Below are positions 9,011 to 17,882 of a stretch of DNA of 64,000 nt, in pieces. How positions within the stretch are numbered: position 1 is the stretch's first letter; every line of letters begins with the position of its first letter. Made by a program: the position numbers and the translations under genes. Location: NCBI GenBank assembly GCA_024653325.1, contig JANLFX010000005.1, positions 1-64,000 of the forward strand, written 5' to 3'. The notes beneath the pieces were generated by a model. That model was not told where the DNA came from and searched no databases. It saw only the letters and a list, made by a program, of their open reading frames with translations. The stretch comes from Anaerolineae bacterium. GTDB lineage: Bacteria; Chloroflexota; Anaerolineae; JACIWR01.

Positions 9011-9502
9011 TTAGGTACTCGTTTCAGTAACGTCGGCCACCTGCCCTCCGGTCACCTGTACCAGCATTTCGTAGCTGATGGGAAACAGGGCATTAGGCGC
9101 GCCAGCCGCAGCGTACAGGGTCTGAAAGCGATGCAGGCTGTCATCAATAATGGTACGCAGGGGTGGCTCGTGGCCCACTGGCGGCACCCCACCGATGGCA
9201 AATCCGGTCTTCTGGCGTACGGTGTCCGCGTCGGCGATCATCACCCGCCTGGCGCCGAGCAACGATTTGAGTTTGCCCGGGCTGGCCCGCCGGTCGCCGG
9301 CAACGAGGACCAGGATGGGTTGGTCGTCGGCCAGAAAGATGAGCGATTTGACGATGCTGCCCAGGGGCGCGTGCATGGCCTCTGCCGCTAACTGGGCAGT
9401 ACGGGTGCTCTCGCCCGCCAATTGCAGAACCTCGATGCCCAAACCTTTGTCTTTCAGGAAACGTCGCACTCGATCCACGGAACTCATTGGCGCATCCTCC
9501 AA
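9011..9502 (-). CDS. ybaK: YbaK/ProX-type aminoacyl-tRNA deacylase (Cys/Pro-tRNA editing)
   Basis: 'VKSLIFLADDQPILVLVAGDRRASPGKLKSLLG...GFAIGGVPPVGH' is the YbaK/EbsC family signature. Confidence 0.7.
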   Translation of the reverse strand: MEDAPMSSVDRVRRFLKDKGLGIEVLQLAGESTRTAQLAAEAMHAPLGSIVKSLIFLADDQPILVLVAGDRRASPGKLKSLLGARRVMIADADTVRQKTGFAIGGVPPVGHEPPLRTIIDDSLHRFQTLYAAAGAPNALFPISYEMLVQVTGGQVADVTETST

Positions 9503-11121
9503 CGGAAGAATTTGATCAGCTTCTCGCGCAACTCGTCGCTGCTGGCGTATTCAATGTACTCCATCCCCGCCAGATCGGTGGGCACTTGACTGCGTTTGTC
9601 CTTGACGATCACCGTCTCTTTACTCAGACCATAGGCCAGACCCAGCTCGAACAACACATTGGGATTCCAGTCCGAGATGTTGATCACGGCGTAGCGCGAG
9701 CTTTGAATGCCCTCGCACACTTTGCACATCACATCAATGTTGCTGATGGCGTCCGACGCTCGCCAGGGGTACAGGCCCACAGCTTCCAATGCCGGAATGA
9801 CTCCATACTTGTATGCATCGGCAAATTCGGGGCGGAAAGGCATGCCGATAAACACCTGATTCGGATCGAGCACGGGGTTCTTGGGACAGGTCGGGCTACC
9901 GGTTTTGAAGCAACGCATCTCCTCCTCCAGTACCAGCTCTCCGCTGGTGATAGGCGGCATTTCCAGGATCGGGGTTTCAAATCCGGTTGTTTCGGTGGGA
10001 TGAATCCAATGGCGGATGGCGCTCATCACCCCACGGCGCTCGGATTTCGGTTCGGTAGTCAATCTCAAGTAGGGTTCCAACACCTGGGCGTAGATGGGAT
10101 TGCGCACCTGGCAGTAGGTGTCCTCGCGGATGACGCCGATCATCTCAAGCTGGGAGATGATGGGATTGTTACGGCTGAAACGTACCTGGCGTCCCTGTTG
10201 GACGATTTCGCGCAGCAGGCTTTTAGCGTCCAGGTCCAGTTCCAGTTGGCGGATGATGTGGCTGAGGTTATCATCCCCCTGGAGCATCAATTCCACGGCA
10301 TCATCCACGTGGGCCGGAGTGAGTACCGGCAACGACTGGCGCTCCAGGATGACGCAGATACGTTGGGTCAGGTAAGGATGCCCTCTGGCCTGCTCGTAGA
10401 TGCGGTCAGCAAATTTGTCCTGAATCCTTGCTCCGGTATGCTCGAAGTTGCTCACCAGGCGGAACACGTCCTCGCGGCTGAAATCCTTGAGGTATATTTT
10501 TTCGCAGATGTTAAGCGGGGAGTTCAGCCCGAAGGTCAGCAGGTACAAGTCCACTGCCCCGCAGAACAGGAACAGGTATTTACGGAAAATCGGTTCGGTG
10601 CCTTTAGCGCTGTTGAACACCGCGCGGATAGTGTTAAAGAAGCTGTCTGACACCTCCGGAAGCAAAGCTCCCACCTCGTCCAGCATGACTATGATGCGCG
10701 GCGAGGGTGTGCGTTCGGCACTATCGCGCAGGAAGTGCAAGAAGTCCACCGGCCCTTTGATGATGGGACGCTCTTCAGGCCAACCTTCTCCTCCCCGACT
10801 GCGCAGCGCGTTGTGAATCTGCGTGCTGACATAGCCGTAACAGGCGGCCTCATCCTGGTTGCGCAGCACCGAAAGGTCAATGAGCACCACCGCAAAGTCG
10901 GCAGCCAGTAACTCAGCACGGGCATGGTAAAGCAATGTGGTTTTACCCGTCTGACGCGAGCTGAGGAGGGCGATGTAGTTAGAGATGGTGGTCTGGGTGG
11001 ACAGGCGTATGATCTCCCGCAGTTCTTCGCGTTCAACGGTAATCGCCCGGTCTCGTTCCGGGTCCAGAGGTCCCCGGGCTTTGAATACCCAATCTACTGT
11101 CAAGTCCCCCCCAATGCTCAC
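9484..11121 (-). CDS. P-loop NTPase (Orc1/Cdc6-like 'archaeal ATPase' fold) with C-terminal TIR/nucleoside-2-deoxyribosyltransferase-like (SLOG) domain
   Basis: Walker A 'SSRQTGKTTLL', Walker B 'IIVMLDEVGAL', sensor-like 'GHPYLTQ'. C-terminal ~145 aa 'QVFIGMPF...YAVINISDWNPNVLFELGLAYGL' has the TIR/NDT-type beta1 and catalytic-Glu motifs. GTG start with an AGGAG RBS, 1 nt after the upstream gene's stop. Confidence 0.6.
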   Translation of the reverse strand: MSIGGDLTVDWVFKARGPLDPERDRAITVEREELREIIRLSTQTTISNYIALLSSRQTGKTTLLYHARAELLAADFAVVLIDLSVLRNQDEAACYGYVSTQIHNALRSRGGEGWPEERPIIKGPVDFLHFLRDSAERTPSPRIIVMLDEVGALLPEVSDSFFNTIRAVFNSAKGTEPIFRKYLFLFCGAVDLYLLTFGLNSPLNICEKIYLKDFSREDVFRLVSNFEHTGARIQDKFADRIYEQARGHPYLTQRICVILERQSLPVLTPAHVDDAVELMLQGDDNLSHIIRQLELDLDAKSLLREIVQQGRQVRFSRNNPIISQLEMIGVIREDTYCQVRNPIYAQVLEPYLRLTTEPKSERRGVMSAIRHWIHPTETTGFETPILEMPPITSGELVLEEEMRCFKTGSPTCPKNPVLDPNQVFIGMPFRPEFADAYKYGVIPALEAVGLYPWRASDAISNIDVMCKVCEGIQSSRYAVINISDWNPNVLFELGLAYGLSKETVIVKDKRSQVPTDLAGMEYIEYASSDELREKLIKFFRWRMRQ

Positions 11122-11122
11122 A

Positions 11123-13156
11123 CTAAAGCTTTCTCCTCAGGCTATCCACCAGGGTCGGCATGTCCTGGCTGGCTTTGATAACCTGCGGGAATCCCTGGTT
11201 AGCGAACTCATAATACTGCCCATTCTTGCGAATGATGGAGTAAAGCACCAGGTCACGGATTGCTTCTTCCAGGTCTGCCTGAGGGACAGCGACTTCGGCC
11301 CTGGTGAGGAAAGTCTCGATGTCCGCCAGGGTGGAGGGCCCCTGGTCAATCATTAGCAGGGAGACGATTTTCTCCAGAGCCGTGGCGTTGCCCCAGGTGA
11401 CCTCGGTAAAGTACTCGCTGAATTGGCTGGAATTGCGCACCGCCTCCAGGTCGGCCATGGTGATCCGCCGCGCTCCCCGCCGATTGATCTGGATGATGAG
11501 CCTCTGGCAGATGTATTGCACGATGTTGGGATGGCAGGAGGAAAGGTCCATGATCTCCCGCACCAACGCTTCCTGGTCCTCCAGCATGATGCCCATAGCC
11601 TGCATGGGTTCCAGGATAATGCGACGGGCGGATTGTTCATCCAGGTAGCTGAGATGAATGGTGTCGCAGAAGTTGAACAAAGGTGAATCGGGAGCGTGCA
11701 GGCGGGTGTACAATATACGTTCGCCGCAGAAGACAAAACGACAGTACTGCTCCTGTGAGAGAGCACGGAACACGCGGAACAGTTTCTCCTGGGATAGCAG
11801 GTCGTAACTCAACAGGGCATCTATTTCGTCAAGGAGGATGATCACTGTCCCCCTGGCCCAATCGTTGTTCAGTTGGGTGATCAGGCGGCGGAATCCATCG
11901 GGCGAAAAGCTGGGCAATTCGACCTCCCACATGGATTGTACCGCCTCAAAGAAACCGTCATAGTCGGTCACGGCTTGGCAGTCCAGGTACAGGGGAAAGA
12001 AATCAGGGGTTTCGCTCAGCAGGCGGTAAACCTTGGCCAGGATGGAGGTCTTGCCGATTTTGCGCCCTCCGATGAGGGCGAAGCTGCAGTCTTTCACCTT
12101 GCGGGTTACGGTTTTCAGTTCGTTGTCGCGGCCAAAAAACATGTTTTCTGGGACAGGCCCCGAGGTCACGTATGGCGAGACGGCGTTCAGGTCTACCTGG
12201 CTCAGGATAATCTGAATCAGGCGTTGTTCGGGATCGCGGGCCATGATGATCTGCCGCAGGTCACTGCCGTCCAGCACGATTAAATCGTGGATCGCGCCGC
12301 GCACCAGGTATTTCAGGTTCTTACGTTTATCCAGTTGGGAGGGCCAGTCGTTCAGATCAATGAGCAGGGCGAAGTAGCTGGTCATGTTGAGGATGTTCAT
12401 CAGGCTGCGCACATCGCTGATGTCCTCGGGGCTGAACTCGCGCTTGCGCAGGAAGATGATGGGAAAACGAGGCGGGACACGCAGGCGCAGGGCGGGCGCT
12501 TTTACCACATAGCCGTGCAGGTCGCGATAAGTACGGGCATCCAGCATGGTGAAGCCCAGCATGTCACAAAGCAGGGAAGCCAGCATGGCGGCAATGGTCT
12601 GGAAAGTAGCCTCGCTTTCCACCGTCTCCCAGGCTGCTTTCCAGTTACGCAAGAAGGTTTTCATTCGTTTGGGGGAGGCCAGCTCGATGCGGGGCGGGTC
12701 CAGACGGAAAACCAGGTCGTCATCGGGGCGCTCTTCCACAAAGCGGCGCATCGCCTCGCTGCGTTCTTTGAGGGGAATATCCAGCAACATGTCTTCTTCC
12801 ACCCGGCCGTGTACCCACAGTGCCTGACGGATGGCGTTTTCCCAGGCTGCCCAGCGGGTTTCTTTGGAACTCCGCCATGAGGGGCTCTGTCGCCGCCGGC
12901 TCACAAGGATGATCAGGAGAAGTAAAATGGCGATAGAGACCAGGAGGAGAAGCGATACCGGCCAGGTAAGGAGGTCGGACAACGATGGGAAGAGAAACCC
13001 GTTTTCCAGTAGAAAACGGGTTTCCGAAATGAAAGCAGATGGCGCATCACTCTGTTGCCAGACGATGGTCTCTTGAGCGTGTAGTGGGATTGACCGGTGG
13101 GCCAGGGCTGATGCGACGTTAAGCGCCGCCGGTGCCAGGCAGGTTATCCCGGACAT
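11123..13156 (-). CDS. Membrane-anchored P-loop NTPase (STAND/Orc1-like), paralogous partner of the downstream ATPase
   Basis: N-terminal hydrophobic segment 'WPVSLLLLVSIAILLLLIILV', about 230 aa of unknown domain, then 'FFGRDNELKTV...IGGRKIGKTSIL' (Walker A) and 'VIILLDEIDALL' (Walker B), with a C-terminal winged-helix-like tail. Confidence 0.6.
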   Translation of the reverse strand: MSGITCLAPAALNVASALAHRSIPLHAQETIVWQQSDAPSAFISETRFLLENGFLFPSLSDLLTWPVSLLLLVSIAILLLLIILVSRRRQSPSWRSSKETRWAAWENAIRQALWVHGRVEEDMLLDIPLKERSEAMRRFVEERPDDDLVFRLDPPRIELASPKRMKTFLRNWKAAWETVESEATFQTIAAMLASLLCDMLGFTMLDARTYRDLHGYVVKAPALRLRVPPRFPIIFLRKREFSPEDISDVRSLMNILNMTSYFALLIDLNDWPSQLDKRKNLKYLVRGAIHDLIVLDGSDLRQIIMARDPEQRLIQIILSQVDLNAVSPYVTSGPVPENMFFGRDNELKTVTRKVKDCSFALIGGRKIGKTSILAKVYRLLSETPDFFPLYLDCQAVTDYDGFFEAVQSMWEVELPSFSPDGFRRLITQLNNDWARGTVIILLDEIDALLSYDLLSQEKLFRVFRALSQEQYCRFVFCGERILYTRLHAPDSPLFNFCDTIHLSYLDEQSARRIILEPMQAMGIMLEDQEALVREIMDLSSCHPNIVQYICQRLIIQINRRGARRITMADLEAVRNSSQFSEYFTEVTWGNATALEKIVSLLMIDQGPSTLADIETFLTRAEVAVPQADLEEAIRDLVLYSIIRKNGQYYEFANQGFPQVIKASQDMPTLVDSLRRKL

Positions 13157-13194
13157 GATTCATCCCCCCCAAGAAACAACGTGTTGCGATCATA

Positions 13195-13223
13195 ATTATA
13201 CAGAGAAAATCTCTTTATGTCAA
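13195..13223 (-). promoter_or_regulatory. Consensus sigma70-type promoter (TTGACA-N17-TATAAT) driving the two-ATPase operon
   Basis: Minus strand reads 'ttgacataaagagattttctctgtataat', about 35 nt upstream of the 13156 start codon. Confidence 0.5.
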
Positions 13224-13227
13224 AGAC

Positions 13228-13260
13228 AAGTGCGACGCACTTCTGGGATGCGTCGCACTT
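13228..13260. terminator. REP-like hairpin family B copy, likely terminator of the kinase gene
   Basis: 'aagtgcgacgca-cttctggga-tgcgtcgcactt' is a 12-bp perfect stem 17 nt after the kinase stop. Same core as the hairpins at 2640 and 57120. Confidence 0.5.
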
Positions 13261-13276
13261 ATCCCGTGACTTCAAA

Positions 13277-15454
13277 TCAATGGCACGATGGCGGTTCTGA
13301 CTCGCCGCCGGGTATGCTCCAACCGGCACCATTGGTTGCTGAGTTGCCATGCCCGTCCACCACGCGGATACGGAGGTCTATATAGCGCGCGCCGCAACGG
13401 GCGTGTATCTGGAACACCGTGCCCTGAGTAGAGCCCTCGTTCCAGTAAGTGGTATAATTTCCGTCCCCACCGGTCACCCGGACGTGGATGGTGGCTATCC
13501 AGTCTCCCGGGTAGTAGTCGGACTTTTGGGGCCGTTCCACGAATTCCCAGTACTGAATGGTGAGGGGTTCAAAGGTGGGCGCGGGTGTAGGTGTATCGGT
13601 CGCCGTCGGTGTGGGGGTCCTGGTTGGCGGGATGCGGGTATTGGTCGGTGTGGGGGTAGGTGTTGGCGTGTCCGTTGGGGTGGCGGTGGCAGTGGGCGTG
13701 TTGGTCGGCGTCGGTGTGTTCGTTGGCGTGGCTGTGTTCGTGGGGGTGGGGGTAATGGTCGGCGTCGGCGTGCGCGTCGCCCACACCAGGCCGCTTCCGG
13801 CAGCATTGGCGTTCCACTGCTCTTTTTCCTCGTCGGACATAGGTTGCGGGCCTTCCGGAGGTTGCCCCGGTATCAGCTCTAATTGTTGACCGGCCGCCAC
13901 TTCGATCTCCTGGCCCTCTGCGCTCACGTGGCCGGTCCCTTCGTCTACCGAAACCAGAGCCGAGCCATCGTTGGCCACAGCTACCCCGAAACGCCGGTCA
14001 CCCCACACTTTTGCCCCCGATTTGGTTTCCATGTACAACGCCGGGGTACCGGTTTCGGTCTCACTTTCGATTTCCTGCACCCAGACACGCCCGGTTTCCA
14101 GGATGAGGGCAATTTGGTTGTTGCCTTCCTCATCCTTCACTTGGTTTACGGTCAGGGTGCTGTTCGCTCCCACCCGCACTTTGCGCCCATCCAGCTCCAA
14201 TAGGGCTGTGGCTTCGTCACCGGTGCGCACTTGCCCGCCGGGATGGATTTTCATGCCCACGGCCGCTCCGCCCCAGGCGTCTTCGGCCCGCGAGCGGGCC
14301 TGGATGACTTCCTCGTTCATGAGGTCACTGACCACTATACTCATCTCTTGGGCCGTGGGAGTGCTGGGACGCAAGGTTGGCACGACTATCAAAGCCAGGG
14401 CGCCAAGAATGACCAGCAGGAGTATTACGCCACCAATGATGCCCCCGATAGCCAGAGGAGAGGTTCGTCGCGCTGCTGGAGCAGCCACCGGGGCATAAAC
14501 CGTTGCTCCGGCGGGTGGTGTCTCACCGATAACGGTGGCCCCCTCCTTTCCGGGAATTGGACCGACCACCGTGGTCGCCTCAGGCGGCAATGCCTCTATC
14601 ATACCCCGGCCTGCACAGGCATCAGCCAGGGCCTCAGCCATCTGAGTGGTGCTTTGGAAGCGATCCTCGGGACGCTTGGCCAGGGCTTTGAGGATGACCC
14701 GTTCCACGGCCTCTGGGATGTTGGGGTTGATGGCACTGGGTAGGGTAAGCGGGTCCTGCACGTGCTTGAAAATCACGGCCAGCGGGGTATCGGCACTGAA
14801 GGGGGTCTGACCGGTGAGCATTTCATACAAAACCACGCCCAGAGAGTAGATGTCACTGCGGTGGTCAATCTCCAGGCCCTGGCCTTGTTCTGGCGACATA
14901 TACTCAGGCGTGCCTACCACTCCGGTCATGGTGAAGCGAGTGCCCTCGACCATGCGCGCAATTCCGAAATCGGAGAGCACGGCCTCACCATCGGAGGTAA
15001 GAAGAATGTTGGCGGGCTTGACGTCACGGTGGACCATTCCCCGCTTATGGGCGTAATCCAAAGCGGAAGCGACAGCCTGAATAATCCGTTGCGTTTCTTC
15101 GAGGGACATGGTCTGACCGGCTTCTTTCAGTTCCCGTAGCCTGGCCTTGAGGGTCTGGCCGTCAATGAACTCCATGACCATGTAGTATATGTTGTTCTCG
15201 CTGCCGAAATCGTAGACCTGGACGATATGGCCGTGGCGCAATTTGGCCACTGACCGGGCCTCATGCTGGAAGCGGGCCAGGAATTGCTCATCCGTGGCGA
15301 CCATAGAATGCAGAATTTTGATTGCCACGTAGCGGTCCAGAGCGGGTTGATAGGCCTTATAGACTTCGGCCATGCCGCCTTTACCCAACTGAGCGACGAT
15401 GCGATATTGTCCTAGAGTTCTGCCGATCATGTCCATGTGTGCACCTCCATGCAT
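13277..15454 (-). CDS. Hanks-type Ser/Thr protein kinase with TM helix, FecR-like extracytoplasmic domain, Pro/Thr-rich linker and C-terminal beta-rich domain
   Basis: '[12 protein letters not shown]...VAIKIL', '[11 protein letters not shown]', 'DFGIA' and '[10 protein letters not shown]' place it in the Hanks kinase family. One TM helix; '[11 protein letters not shown]...LETGRVWV' is FecR-like. Confidence 0.8.
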   Translation of the reverse strand: MHGGAHMDMIGRTLGQYRIVAQLGKGGMAEVYKAYQPALDRYVAIKILHSMVATDEQFLARFQHEARSVAKLRHGHIVQVYDFGSENNIYYMVMEFIDGQTLKARLRELKEAGQTMSLEETQRIIQAVASALDYAHKRGMVHRDVKPANILLTSDGEAVLSDFGIARMVEGTRFTMTGVVGTPEYMSPEQGQGLEIDHRSDIYSLGVVLYEMLTGQTPFSADTPLAVIFKHVQDPLTLPSAINPNIPEAVERVILKALAKRPEDRFQSTTQMAEALADACAGRGMIEALPPEATTVVGPIPGKEGATVIGETPPAGATVYAPVAAPAARRTSPLAIGGIIGGVILLLVILGALALIVVPTLRPSTPTAQEMSIVVSDLMNEEVIQARSRAEDAWGGAAVGMKIHPGGQVRTGDEATALLELDGRKVRVGANSTLTVNQVKDEEGNNQIALILETGRVWVQEIESETETGTPALYMETKSGAKVWGDRRFGVAVANDGSALVSVDEGTGHVSAEGQEIEVAAGQQLELIPGQPPEGPQPMSDEEKEQWNANAAGSGLVWATRTPTPTITPTPTNTATPTNTPTPTNTPTATATPTDTPTPTPTPTNTRIPPTRTPTPTATDTPTPAPTFEPLTIQYWEFVERPQKSDYYPGDWIATIHVRVTGGDGNYTTYWNEGSTQGTVFQIHARCGARYIDLRIRVVDGHGNSATNGAGWSIPGGESEPPSCH
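13560..13800. repeat. Low-complexity Pro/Thr-codon repeat (encodes the TPTPTNT... linker of the kinase)
   Basis: Direct repeats of ggtgt[a/g]gg[t/c]g on the plus strand; encodes (T-P-T-N/D/A)n. Confidence 0.6.
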
Positions 15455-15552
15455 TGAGGCTGCGATGCGGAAAATTTATCCATATTATAGCCGAGGATGG
15501 GGATTTTGTCCATCAAGATACACCTGTCCTCCCGTAGGCTCCGCTGGCAGGG

Positions 15553-16206
15553 TCAGGAGACCCCGCCGAACCCCTGGGTCTCCACGTCTGCGTAGACGCC
15601 GCGATACTCCGGAGGTAACATGGCGGCCAGGCGGCGCATCAACGCCTCAGTGTATTCCTCGAGCTGATGGCCGCGCAGCCGCTCCGGAAGCGTCCATTCC
15701 AGGGGCTTCCCTATCTCTATTCGGGCTTTGCCCCTTCGCAAGTGTCTGAGCGCATAACCGATTTTCTCCGTACCGGTGATGGCTACTGGCACGATGGTCG
15801 CCCCACTGCGGCTGGCCAGATACACCGCCCCTGTTTTTCCTTTCTGCAGCGTCCCTGTCTTGCTGCGCGTCCCTTCTGGAGCCAGTCCCAGACATCCACC
15901 TGCCCGCAGCACTTCCAGTGCTTTGCCCAGAGCCTCGCGATCTACTTCTCCACGGCGGATCCAGATAGCTCCCATTGAAGCCAGAAGGGGAGCAAAGATT
16001 AGGTGGTGGCGATACTTGCTGGCTGCCAGCACGGTGATGTGCCTGGGCACTGCCACCAGCAGCAAAGGGGAGTCGAACCAGCTCAGGTGGTTAGGGGCGA
16101 TGATACAGGGCCCTTCTCTGGGCACGTTTTCCCTGCCCACAATTTCGAGCCGGATCAGAATCCGGGCTAACAAGGCAACTATCCAACGCACTAAACGATA
16201 GTACAT
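15553..16206 (-). CDS. plsC: 1-acyl-sn-glycerol-3-phosphate acyltransferase
   Basis: HX4D motif 'NHLSWFD' and 'PEGTRS' motif. Confidence 0.7.
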   Translation of the reverse strand: MYYRLVRWIVALLARILIRLEIVGRENVPREGPCIIAPNHLSWFDSPLLLVAVPRHITVLAASKYRHHLIFAPLLASMGAIWIRRGEVDREALGKALEVLRAGGCLGLAPEGTRSKTGTLQKGKTGAVYLASRSGATIVPVAITGTEKIGYALRHLRRGKARIEIGKPLEWTLPERLRGHQLEEYTEALMRRLAAMLPPEYRGVYADVETQGFGGVS

Positions 16207-16376
16207 CCTCCTCTCTCCATCCCATTCAAATTATAGTCAGTACTACAGCGATAGTTCACTCTGAGCTCACCGCCGAGGCGCCGAGAACACAGAGGAATCT
16301 ATAAAAACCTCTGCGAACTCAGCGTCTCTGCGATACACAAGCATTATCCAGGGTTAAACCATTGTTTTACGTTCGA

Positions 16377-17354
16377 TTACTCGTGTTCACTCCGCCGGCC
16401 CTGCACCTGTACAGTATAACGGGCCACTTCGCCTCCCAGCGGCGTTATGGAATCCATGAATTCTGCACTGGCACCCGGGGCCAGCACGCTGGCCTGCACC
16501 TCGACCTCGCGCACGGCCACCACCCGGTCCCGGCTGTCGTAGGCAGTAATCACCACTTCGATGCCGGTGGCCCGTTCTTCCCCAAAGTTGCGCACCCGGC
16601 CACTGACCACGAACGACCGCCCCTGAACCTGTCCCTTGTGCTCAACCACGTCCAGGTCGCGGTAACGGCTACCCAGGTAAGTGCATGGTTCGGCACTGAG
16701 GGGAATCACCTGATAGGCAGCATAAGCAGTTGGCGGTTGGGCGAAAAGCACGGCGAAGGGCGACGTCCCACCGGCGGGGATGATGTCCAGGGCGGTAAAG
16801 GCCGTCGCTGTGGCCAGGACCCCGTTGTCAGAGCCGTACAACGATACCTGCACTTGCACAAATTCCACGTCCATCCCAGCCAGATTACGCACCTCACCCA
16901 GACACCACAGGCTGCCCACTGGCGTCTCATGGAAACCGAGGTTTTCGATGACCACAGGCAACGGTGTAGGCGTAGGCGTGGGCGGTGACTGTTCCTCCTC
17001 TTCCTCGCGGGGAATGATCAACTTCTGTCCTACCTGCAGACGGCGAGGGTCATATACCTCGTTGGCGTCCATCAACGTCTCGACCGCGATCCCAAACTGC
17101 TTGGCGATCCCGCTCAGCGTATCCCCTTGCTGCACGATGTAGATAATCGGCGTAGGGGTTAGGGTGGGACTGGGGGAAGGGGTCGGGGTAGCCGGGGCCG
17201 GTGTGGAAGTTGCCCGTGGAACAACGGTGTTCAGGTGCACGTCCGTCGTGGGCGGCAGTGGAGTCGGAGTGGGCAAAGTAATGACCTGGCCGCAGCCTAA
17301 TAGCAGGACGAACAGCCCGATGAGAATCCATTTTGTTTTCTGACGATGCATCAT
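16377..17354 (-). CDS. LysM-domain lipoprotein with Pro/Thr-rich linkers and C-terminal beta domain
   Basis: LysM motif 'YIVQQGDTLSGIAKQFGIAVETLMDANEV'. Signal/lipobox 'LLLGC'. PTPTP linkers. Confidence 0.65.
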   Translation of the reverse strand: MMHRQKTKWILIGLFVLLLGCGQVITLPTPTPLPPTTDVHLNTVVPRATSTPAPATPTPSPSPTLTPTPIIYIVQQGDTLSGIAKQFGIAVETLMDANEVYDPRRLQVGQKLIIPREEEEEQSPPTPTPTPLPVVIENLGFHETPVGSLWCLGEVRNLAGMDVEFVQVQVSLYGSDNGVLATATAFTALDIIPAGGTSPFAVLFAQPPTAYAAYQVIPLSAEPCTYLGSRYRDLDVVEHKGQVQGRSFVVSGRVRNFGEERATGIEVVITAYDSRDRVVAVREVEVQASVLAPGASAEFMDSITPLGGEVARYTVQVQGRRSEHE

Positions 17355-17488
17355 GCTCAGATTCGGCTCCCCTGGACGAACGGCCAGCTTTGATAAAGGC
17401 AATGTATCACCCAGGTAATATTTGCGCGGTGCGCTCAGATGGGTGCCGCGACATTACGCCGCCTTTTGATCATGGCTGGAAAGCCGCG

Positions 17489-17836
17489 TTACTGAATCTT
17501 GACCACTATCCGCGCATTTCCCCACAATTCCTCCAGATGATAATAGGCGCGCACTTCTGGGTGGAATAGGTGGATAATCACCCCGCCATAATCAATCACC
17601 ACCCATCCAGAGTTTGGCTCACCGTCCACGTGCAACGGGGAAGCCTGCAGCTCGCTTTTTACCTTCAGTTCAATCTCATCGGTGATAGCTTTGAGCTGGC
17701 GTTCACTATCTCCGCTGGCCAGGATAAAGTAATCGGCCAGGGTTGATATAGGGGTAATGTCTAACAGCAGAATGTCCGTGCCCTTTTTTTCGGCGATAAT
17801 GTCTATTGCTTTGTGGGCTAAATCCAGAGAATGCAG
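17489..17836 (-). CDS. rsfS: Ribosomal silencing factor RsfS (Iojap family); non-ATG start, absent from ORF track
   Basis: Minus-strand translation gives 'LHSLDLAHKAIDIIAEKKGTDILLLDITPISTLADYFILASGDSERQLKAI...VIDYGGVIIHLFHPEVRAYYHLEELWG', a classic RsfS sequence. AAGGAGGTG RBS 6 nt upstream of a CTG codon; no in-frame ATG. Confidence 0.55.
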   Translation of the reverse strand: MHSLDLAHKAIDIIAEKKGTDILLLDITPISTLADYFILASGDSERQLKAITDEIELKVKSELQASPLHVDGEPNSGWVVIDYGGVIIHLFHPEVRAYYHLEELWGNARIVVKIQ

Positions 17837-17882
17837 CGTTCCACCTCCTTTGGGATTCGGTCATTGTGTCATTGGGATTTGA

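Noticed and set aside
9487-10650. 387 aa plus-strand ORF antisense to the ATPase-TIR gene
   Set aside because: His/Gln/Gly-rich with no domain signatures, while the minus strand has clear Walker A/B and TIR-like motifs. Spurious.
13495-13889. Alternative-frame ORFs (103, 110, 82 aa) rich in R/P or G/V
   Set aside because: These are frame-shifted or antisense readings of the (TPT)n linker repeat inside the kinase gene.
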